Origin: Mobula hypostoma
Taxonomy: Eukaryota
Length of the DNA stretch: 64,000 nt
Assembly: GCF_963921235.1 (NCBI RefSeq)
Contig: NC_086097.1
Location: 142,974,001-143,038,000 of the forward strand
Reading direction: 5' to 3'
In this document: one piece after another, positions 54,689 through 64,000 of the stretch
Layout: each line of letters starts with the position of its first letter
Position numbering within the stretch: position 1 is the first letter of the stretch
Translations under genes and position numbers: made by a program
The notes under the pieces: generated by a model
What the model saw: only the letters and a program-made list of their open reading frames with translations
The model's database searches: none
Told to the model about the DNA's origin: nothing

Positions 54689-55405
54689 CTGAGGGTTGCT
54701 GGTATTGGAAGCATCATCACTGGGAAGATTCTCCTGGTAACTGCTGTCATCCAGAACATTGGATAAGCTGGAACTTTTCCACGTTCGAACAGCTGGGAAG
54801 GGTTTGAAACTCTCCAGTGGAGATGGTGTTTCTGATTTGCTGACGGGAGTTAGATTCCCACTCTCCAATGTAGTAAAGGAACTGGCACTCCCCACGTCCA
54901 TTCCCAGGTCAAAAGATGGGACTGTGAAAGGTGACAGGGGTTGATAGAAAGCATCTTCAACTATGTCTTGTAGGGCAACTTCAGCTGAGATAGGATTGTC
55001 TATTGTGCTACCATGCTCCAAGGAATCAAATGACTTGAAGTTCAAGGAGTCAAAGGCCTTCATCTTGCCAGAAGGGAAACCAGGTGACATAGAAAGATCA
55101 GAATGTCCTTCCGAAATGTCATCGTTGAGATCCATGTTGAAGGGAAGAAAGACCTCGCAATCCTGGAAGTCTGACTGACTGCTTCTCTGATTATTCCTCT
55201 CTTTACCTTGCTCCTGGATAAGTTCTTGGTTCTGATACGAGTTCTTAAGTAAATCTATGGAGTAGTTGGAAAATGAGCTTGATAGACTGGCCTCTCGAGA
55301 CTCATATGATTCTTTGATGTAGAGTTTGGTCAAGTTGTCCTGCCATCCAGCTTGTTTTGCCAACTGACGCACAATGTCTTGTTGAGAGTAAATAAGATGA
55401 AATAA
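54689..55405 (-). CDS. NBEAL2: NBEAL2 large exon (LFHLIYSQQDIVRQLAKQAGWQD...SNTSNPQ), 717 nt, Ser-rich low-complexity linker
   Basis: ttttctag acceptor, CAG|gtaaca donor; overlaps ORF 54680-55372. Confidence 0.92.
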
Positions 55406-57957
55406 CTAGAAAATATAATTTATATGGAGATGACTAAGTCTGAAGTCCAGAAAAATGTACTTTCACAGATAACCCATCTGCATTTATAGCATTCAGGTAT
55501 GAAATTCTTAATATACTTTTCCCAATCTTTGCCTCTTGTAATTCAAGGGAACAGTTCTTCCCACTATATTTTCAGGATTATATCAACATGATCCTAAAAC
55601 TGCCTTGTCAATATTTTGTTAATTAATCTCAGATCAGACTGCCCTTCTATGGCAGTTTGCTTCAGATCCACTGATTTAAAGTGTTGCTTTGGGAAAATGA
55701 TTGTCCTCTCATCAGGATATAGTGTTTTAAACTTATTGGATTGATAATACGGTATCTGGACAGAATCTGGAGGTGGCAAATCATTATCTTTATACACATC
55801 AACTTACATTGACTCTGGGTCCCTTTCTATCTCATTTTGATGCTTCTCATTCTTATGTTCAAAGCATTCAGCCCAGTCCCTTCTACACCTCAAACTTACT
55901 GTCGCATTTCTGCAATAGAATTACAGAATAAAGCAGCACTGAAGGAAGATTATGATGCAATATGCCTGTACTGAATTTTTAGTTTGTCAGTCTAATTTGC
56001 ACCATTCCCCTGCTCTTCCCCATTGTCCACTACTTTTTCTTTTTCAAATATTTATCTAATTCCCACTTTCAAGTTAGTGTGGAATTATTTTCCAGCATTT
56101 ATGCAGACAGGGCATTTGTGATCACAATAGCTCACTGCAGGAAAATTTTTCCCCTCATAGTGGCTCTGATTTTTTTGCCAGATACTTTTAACTGTACTCT
56201 ATTCTTCTTATTGACCCTTATGCTATTGAAAATATTTGTAACAGTTCCATCAAACCATCTTTTAATCTTCAAGGTGGTGACATTGTACCATTTTCTTGTA
56301 AGTAACACCTAAATCTTGTTTATTAACGAATGTAGTAGATTATCATTATAGTTCCTTTGCCTTTCTACCTCTTAATTTCCTTCCCACTATCCTATAATAT
56401 ACATTCAGCAGTGTAATTATCCTTCTGTTGCTCAAAAATACAAGATATCTACATTTTAGTTTTACAAATGAAAGTAAACTTTAGAAGTTGAAGCTGGAAC
56501 AGGCTCTGCCATTCACTGACATCATCTCTGATCTTTTATCTCAGCACCACTTTCCAGCACAACTCCCCTTTCTCTTGATATCTAAAAGTACTGAATATTG
56601 ATTTTGAACCTTCAGGTACTTAATCCCTTCCTGATGTTGCAACAACTTTGTTGGTCAAGCTCCACCCCTCCATTTTCCCTTCTGTAACTTTCCAGAATAT
56701 ACTTCAGTTAGGAATTTCAAGTGTTTATTTCTCCACTTGTTTGAACCAAGACTCAATTACTGGCATTATAATTGATTACCATGCAGTTATTTCTGTCTGT
56801 GGCATTTAACCTAAATTGCTGAGCTCTGTGTATATTAAGCAGATCCCTTTCTAGTTGACCTTGCATTTGCCCCCTGCCTGACCCTTCCTATTTCTGACAT
56901 ACTATTTATTCTAATATTATTCTAACATTATGCACATTGCATTTCCATTCTAATGCTTCAACTTTGTATACCTTCCCTGTCAGATTAATTTAAATCATTG
57001 CCATGGTACTAGTTAAGCCCTGCTCTGCTTTGACCTTTCATGTATCATCCAATTCCTTTGCCCCTCCTCGGTCAGGTGTGACTTATGCCTCCAAGCAAGT
57101 TCCCTTACCAGACTTCGTCTCTAAACCTTTCTCCTCTTTTTAATGGACTGCTCAAAACCCTCTCCCTTCTGAACATTAGTCTTAATGTATTCGTCTTCTG
57201 AGATTCATATTACTACACTAAAATTGATAAGTAAATACCAATTAGTTTTTTCAATTCAAATACTTTCAAAGCAAATTTTAAGAATACATTTAAAAATATT
57301 TTTGTTTGTAGGCCGATCAAAATGTAGTTTGGTTGTGCTCAAACCTAATGAAATTATTTTCCAATCCCTCCTTACTCATCGTGATTACTTGTGATACCCT
57401 TTGTGGAGTCCACCCAAGTCAAATCAAGATATATAGGGTAACAGGGGATCTGTGAGCCTTACTGTCATTGTACATATCCCAAAATCAAGTATTTTCCTGT
57501 TATTCCCAATAGTATCCATTCTTTTTATACACAACAACAAAATACTATCCATTTATTTTTAATGAGTCTCCCCCACTTTATTTTATTTCTACATTAAAAA
57601 GACAGTCAGTCATCCAGAGATTTAACCATCTGGAGGTAGGGAAGATTCTGAACTTGACCACTATGTTAAGAATAGTGGTAACAAGAAGCATAGCCCATGG
57701 CTGGTGGCTTAAGTGTTAAAATTGGTCTTGAAAGGGAGAAATTGGTGCCTATTCTTGATCATGATCCAGTGACTCTCACTGGAAAAGATACATGTGTGAG
57801 GATGTATGGGTGATATAGTTAGCATAGTCTAATAAGTACCAGATCGACTAATTTCAATTTTACCATTCAACATTGTGTAATGTCAACTGTTAACTTCTAA
57901 ATTCATGATCCAATACAATAACAACTTTCAGAGATTCACAAACATTCTGTGTATTAT

Positions 57958-58241
57958 TGAGTTTAAGTCTGTCCTGAGCCTTGTGGCCCATCAGGCCGGT
58001 GCTTATGCTAGTTTCTATGGCGTGAAGTGACTGAGAGTATAAGACTCCCCCCCGGATAGGACGCCAGTCTATCGTGAGGTTAACCCCCAGCATTTGCCGG
58101 TACCCATTTTCAGCTGGGTGGACTGGAGCGGTGTGGGCTAAGTGCCTTGCTCAAAGACACAACACGCTGCCTTGGCCGAGACTCAAACCCACGACCTTCA
58201 GATTGTGAGCCCAACGCCCTAACCACTTGGCCACGTGCCAC
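57958..58241 (-). mobile_element. Young tRNA-derived SINE
   Basis: Minus strand A box TGGCCAAGTGG, B box-like GGTTTGAGTC, and gtgtctttgagcaaggcactta; same head as 44203-44416. Confidence 0.75.
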
Positions 58242-58394
58242 ATCTCTATAGGTAAGAAAATACCCCTGGTCTAATTCAGCTGCTTTTATGAGCTGCTATA
58301 TAGTATATTCTGAGCAAAAATATACCCAGTGATAGAAATGCTTTGTGTAAAGTTATGTAATAATTGAGGTTGCTGGGTGTGTTGTTTCACTTGC

Positions 58395-58483
58395 CTTTCG
58401 ACAGACATCCAGTCGCACAGTCAAGTCTGCTTTGTGAGACAGATAAACCACAGCAACTAGGTCCTTGTAATTTGGAATGGGAT
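58395..58483 (-). CDS. NBEAL2: NBEAL2 exon (DPIPNYKDLVAV...RLDVCRK), 89 nt, GC donor
   Basis: tttttatttaag acceptor; AAG|gcaagt donor keeps the frame with the next exon (LFHLIY). Confidence 0.87.
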
Positions 58484-58958
58484 CTTAAATAAAAAAAACA
58501 AGATCAACATTAAAGAGAGGTGATGAAAGATGTTCTTTGTCATCTGGATGAGATCTTAAAGCAGCTTTCTTTTCAGATGGATCCTTCAGTTCACAACACT
58601 AACTGACTTCACTTTTTCCATACGCACGTATACCACACCAAATGAAACAACTTTCCTCAGGCAAGGTGCACAACACAGTACATATAACTCACACACAATA
58701 CATAAATTAATACTACCACAAATAATACGGTTAGTTTACAACACAAATTAGAAAGTAAACAGAATACACTACTGGCACTTCATTCATGATGAGACTTGGA
58801 TGGTGAGAAATCTTGTATTTTATTATACAAGACATCTCTAACAGCTTGAAAAAGCACTAAAGCAAAAAATGAATGGAAGAGGTGGTTTTTCTGCTCAGCA
58901 CCGAAGAAACACTATTATTGTGTCACTCAAAATGAGTCAAGCTAACTTGGGTACTTAC

Positions 58959-59118
58959 CCGAGCACAGCACTTGCTCTGAGAGGCACCGAATGAGTGACA
59001 CTGAGGCAGGAAAGTCATTCAGGAAAGAAGTCAAACCCTGGTACCCAATATCCTTTAGCTTCAGCCGTAACTTGCTTCTTTCATTGACTTTCTCATACTT
59101 TAGCATCCTGTACATTAG
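58959..59118 (-). CDS. NBEAL2: NBEAL2 exon (LMYRMLKYEK...EQVLCS), 160 nt
   Basis: ggccag acceptor, G|gtaagt donor, phase 0/1. Confidence 0.9.
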
Positions 59119-59940
59119 CTGGCCAGAGGAGAATTAAAAAAGACAGCATAAGTTATTTCCTTCGTGCAACTTAAACAGGCTTGAAGATGACTATATAATC
59201 CATTTGTGCATGTAAATCTGCACAAGATAGGGGTGAGATCAACCCTTCCATTCAAACAAGATCATAGTTTATCTGCATATCCAAATGAAGATCCATTAGA
59301 TACAGTACATAAATGAATAAAAGTTCTCCTCACATCTCTGCTAGTGGAATATGAACAGCTCTGAGGAATGTCCTGGCTAAATAAAATAAATACTCGCACA
59401 GTTCACTAGATGTGGGCAACATTCACATTATTAATTACCTACCCCTAACTATCCTGAGAACACCATGTGACCTGAGGTAGCAGTGACCTGTCTTTTGGAA
59501 CAGAAAGACCGAAATCAGTTTGTAATAAATGGTGTCCAGGCAGTAAAAGTGAAAAATCTTTCCCACAAAATCAATCAAGTCGTGGGTGGCTGGGTTCTGC
59601 TGCCAAGATCAGCCAGTGGTTAAGTACTGTAGCTGTTTCCTTCTTTGAACACATTTTTGGTCCAACATACACTTTCCCAAATTTTCTCAGGCTTTCCTGA
59701 GGCAAGCAACAAAATAGCAATTTTAATGCATTTTATTTTGTAGTGTGATACAGTGGGATTTAAACTGAAGGTCTCTGATCTGCAAACTCAGAACCACTTA
59801 AGAATAGATTAGGAAGTGAAAATTGGGTATGAAATTTCCACATGCATGCGCAGAGGATATCATGTACAGCATGGGCAATGTAGAGTGAATTCTGGAAATC
59901 TGAAACATCCTACAATCAGAAAAGAGGGAAGATTAAACAT

Positions 59941-60033
59941 AAGCAACATACATCAAAGTTGCTGGTGAACGCAGCAGGCCAAGCAGCATCTATAGGAAGA
60001 GGGGCAGTCGACGTTTCAGGCCGAGACCCAGGA
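59941..60033 (-). mobile_element. Penelope-like terminal-repeat fragment lacking the hammerhead CUGANGA box
   Basis: Near-identical to 39194-39281; ends gagaccc then agga. Confidence 0.8.
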
Positions 60034-61133
60034 TTTGTGGAAGAGAGAAGCAAAGTTACCAAATTATGTTAATGAGAGTTATTCAGAAGTGGTTGAAATG
60101 GCCAGGCCTGTTTCCCTGCAATGATTCATAATTAATTCAATAATGGCTGTGGTATGATGATCTATTTTTGCCCATGAAGTAAATGGCCCCTCTTTAAGTG
60201 CATCAAACAGCTAGTGTAAGTCAGACCAACAAAAACTATGGTCAAAGACCCACAACTGGGAAACACACACGCACAGGGTGTTGTACACACTACTGAAGAG
60301 GCCTTGCTCTAAGAAGCTGGTATGTCCGCTGCTCTGCTTTTTCTATAAGTATGTGTTGTTGAAAGGGAGGGCTGGGGAATAAAATGATAGGGTATTTGGC
60401 TGGGACACTGGTGGAAGGGTCAGGGTGATGTTTGGTGCCAAGAATCATGAGGCCAATTTGGGGGAGGGGTGGGGATCAGGAGAAAGATGGCCTAGGTAGG
60501 TGGGTGCATCAGAAAGACTGTTAGTTGAGGTTGGAAGTTCCAAGGGACTAGAGTAAGAACATTACTTGAAAGGACTTAACTGTGATGGGCTCTCAATGCT
60601 GGACTTCAAGAACTGAGAAGTGGTAAGGCAGATCCCCTTTCAGGAACACTGAAGCAAACCTCACAGGTTTGCTTGCTTCTGAATGAGTAGTTCACACAGG
60701 TAATACAGTATTGGACACAAGTTCCATTAGTGTCATCCAAAGTGAGAACTGCAAACTGTTGGTTTCCACTGTGCATCTACAGGTTTCCCTTATCTTAGCA
60801 TGTCTGGCGAACGTAGGACCGGGAAGGAAAATTACATACTCCACACAAGTTGAAGCAAAACCTCCTTCCTCGCATTGAATATTTTCTTTGAAGTCGGACA
60901 ACATGGTACATAAAAACATGTGCTATGTAATCCGATTTCTTTCCTACTCTAATATAGATTGAATCTATTATTAGTAACCAATCCATCATCATATTGTGCA
61001 ACTATCCTGAAGGGCAAGGGAGAAAATCGATAACCTTTACTTTTGTCTTTTTTTGCTTTCGGACTCTTCTTTCATCCAGCAAATCCTTTCTTCCAATTTT
61101 AAAATTAAACACATTTGTTCAGGAGCAACTCAC

Positions 61134-61292
61134 CCTGAAGATTTTCTCACGCACTTCATCGGAATACTTCTTCTGAAGGATCAGTGAATAAAACACCTCC
61201 ACATTGCCAGGCTCAAACAGTAAGGTATAAAGCTGCTCTCGAGAGGGAGCTCCCTTTAACAGACTGAGCAACACGTCCAAAATACCACTGAG
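61134..61292 (-). CDS. NBEAL2: NBEAL2 exon (LSGILDVLL...EVREKIFR), 159 nt
   Basis: ttttctag acceptor, AGG|gtgagt donor, phase 0/0. Confidence 0.9.
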
Positions 61293-61827
61293 CTAGAAAA
61301 GAAAGAACTTTTATTCTCTAGGTCTGAGGATTTAATGAAACAATCAACATTTTAGTCAACATTGGGCCATGCTAAAAGCTTGTGTTATTCTATTAGAAAG
61401 GACTTAAGTGACTATCTTGTTCGGTGATGGCAGTCACACCTTTGAGTGAGAAGGTTGTGGTCCAAGCCTGACGACAGAGACATGAAGCATGATCGAGCTG
61501 ATATTTCCCTGCCTGGTCTGCTACGGTGCTATCAATGCAGCTTCTCTTCCCAGTCCCCAGGCTATCTGATATTATTAATGACGACCTTCTAGGACATTCC
61601 TTCTGTTTTTCTCATATATGCACTTGTCATGTTTCAAATCAAAAACAAACTATGAGCTCACTGCCCTTTGAAACTCATCCCATCTCCAACCACTATTTTC
61701 TTTTGAAAATACAACATCTAATTAAATTTCTGCCCTTGTGGTTTCATTGGTAATTTGGAGGATCATGACAAAGATAATCCTGGTGAAGGATCTTGGCCTG
61801 AAACGTTGACTGCTTATTCCCATCCAT

Positions 61828-64000
61828 AACAGACCATAAGACATAGGAGCAGAAGAAAGCCATTCGGCCCATCGAGTCTGCTCCACCATTCAATCATGGG
61901 CTGATCCAATTCTTCCAGTCATCCCCACTCCCCTGCCTTCTCCCCATACCCTTTGATGCCCTGGCTAATCAAGAACCTATCTATCTCTGCCTTAAATATA
62001 CCCAGTGACTTGGCCTCCACAGCTGCTCATGGCAACAAATTCCACAGATTTTCCACTCTGACTAAAGCAACTTCTCCGCATCTCTGTTCTAAATGGACAT
62101 CCTTCAATCCTGAAGTCATGCCCTCTTGTCCTAGAATCCCCTATTATGGGAAATAACTTTGCCATATCTAATCTGTTCAGGCCTTTTAACATTCGGAATG
62201 TTTCTATGAGATTCCCCTTCATTCTCCTGAACTCCAGGAAATACAGCCCAAGAGCTGCCATACGTTCCTCATATGATAAACCTTTCATTTCTGAAATCAT
62301 TCCCATGAATCTTCTTTGACCCCTCTCCAGTGTCAGTATATCCTTTCTAAAATAAGGAGCCCAAAACTGCACACAATACTCCAAATGTGGTCTCATGAGT
62401 GCCTTATAGAGCCTCAACATCACATCCCGGCTCTTATATTCTATACCTCTAGAAATGAATGCCAACATTGCATTAGCCTTCTTCACAACCAACTGAACCT
62501 GGAGATTAACCTTTAGGGTATTTTGCACAAGGACTCCCAAGTCCCTTTGCATCTCTGCATTTTGAATTCTCTCCCCATCTAAATAATAGTCTGCCCGTTT
62601 ACTTCTTCCACTGAAGTGCATGACCATACCCTTTCCAACATTGTATTTCATTTACCACTTCTTTGCCTATTTCCCTAGACTATCTAAGTCTCTCTTCAGG
62701 CTCTCTGTTTCCTCAACACTACCCGCTACTCCTCCACCTATCTTTGTATCATCGGCAAATTTAGTCATATATCCATTAACATACATAATCATTGGCATAC
62801 ATCGTAAAAAGCAGCAGTCCCAATGCCGACCCCTGTAGAACTCCACTGGTAACTAGCAGCCAGCCAGAATAGGATCCCTTCATTCCCACTCTGTTTTCTG
62901 TCGATCAGCCAATGCTCCACCCATGTTAATAACTTCCCTGTAATTCCATGGGCTCTTATCTTGCTAAACAGCCTCATGTGCGGCACCTTGTCAAAAGCCT
63001 TCTGAAAATCCAAATGCACCACGTCTACTGCATCTCCTTTGTCTACCCTGCTTGTAATTTCCTCAAAGAATTGCAGGAGGTTTATCAGGCAGGATTTTCC
63101 TTTCAGGAAACCATGGCCTATCTTGTCATGTGCCTCCAGGTACTCCACAATCTTATCCCTAACAATCCATTCCAACAACCTCCCAACCACTAATATCAGG
63201 CTAACAGGTCTATAGTTTCCTTTCTGATGCCTCCCACCCTTCTTAAATAGTGGAGTAACATTTGCAATTTTCCAGTCATCCAGTACAAAGCCAGAATCTA
63301 TCGATTCTTGAAAGATCATCATTAATGCCTCTGCAATCTCTCCAGCTACTTCCTTCAGAACCCAAGGGCGCATTCCATCAGGTCCTGGAGATTTATCCAC
63401 CCTCAGACCATTAAGCTTCCTGAGCACCTTCTCAGTTATAATTTTCATTACACAAACTTCACTTCCCTGACACTCTTGAATGTCCGGTATACTGCAGACG
63501 TCTTTCACTGTGAAGACTGATGCAAAATACGCATTCAGTTCCTCTGCCATCTCTGCATCTCTCATTACAATACCTCCAGCGAATTGGTCCTATATTTACC
63601 CTCGACTCTCTTATACCCTTTATATACTTAAAAAAGCTTTCAGTATCTTCTTTGATATTAGTCACCAGCTTCCTTTCATAATTCATCTTTTCCTTCCTAA
63701 TGACCTTCTTAGTTTCCTTCTGCAAGTTTTTAAAAGCTTCCCAATCCTCTATCTTCCCACCAGCTCTGACTTCCTTGTATGCCCTCTCTTTTGCTTTTAC
63801 TTTGGCTCTGACTTCACTTGTCAGCCACAGTAGTGTCCTTCCTTTGAACATTATTTGGAATATATTCGTCTTGCACTTCCCTCATTTTTCGCAGAAGCTC
63901 CACCCACTGCTGCTCTGCTGTCCTTCCTGCAAATGTCCCTTTCCAGTCAACTTCAGTCAGTTCCCCTCTCATGCCATTGTAATTTCCTTTATTCCAATTA
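61828..64000 (-). mobile_element. CR1 LINE ORF2 (RT) and 3' UTR; runs off the window end
   Basis: DKSPGPDG, NYRPVSL, LDFQKAFDKVPH, RPHLEYCVQFWAP; frameshifts present. Confidence 0.92.

Noticed and set aside
60700..60995. Possible intronic C/D snoRNA (ATGATGA on the - strand near 60990)
   Set aside because: No suitably placed CTGA D box or terminal stem found.

Overview
Eukaryotic genomic DNA, AT-rich and dense in repeats. The repeat content (CR1, Penelope-like, Rex1/Babar, HE1-like SINE) suggests a cartilaginous fish, probably a ray or skate; this is an inference. The whole window lies inside one minus-strand gene, a BEACH-domain neurobeachin-like gene, most likely NBEAL2. I reconstructed 27 consecutive internal coding exons from 61292 down to 1111. 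They total 4263 nt (1421 codons), join in phase without stops, and run from the armadillo-like region through DUF4800, PH and BEACH to the first WD40 repeats. The start and stop codons lie outside the window. One intron needs a GC donor. The introns hold CR1 LINEs (one nearly full length, with an esterase ORF1), Rex1/Babar fragments, Tc1 and hAT MITEs and tRNA-derived SINEs. The most notable non-coding signal is candidate self-cleaving RNA. A young Penelope-like repeat family carries a 36-nt minimal hammerhead motif: three complete copies, two of them sense to the host pre-mRNA in the same intron, plus broken and inverted copies. A TSD-flanked RTE-like short element has an HDV-like pseudoknot at its 5' end. 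All structures were read by eye and none has been tested.
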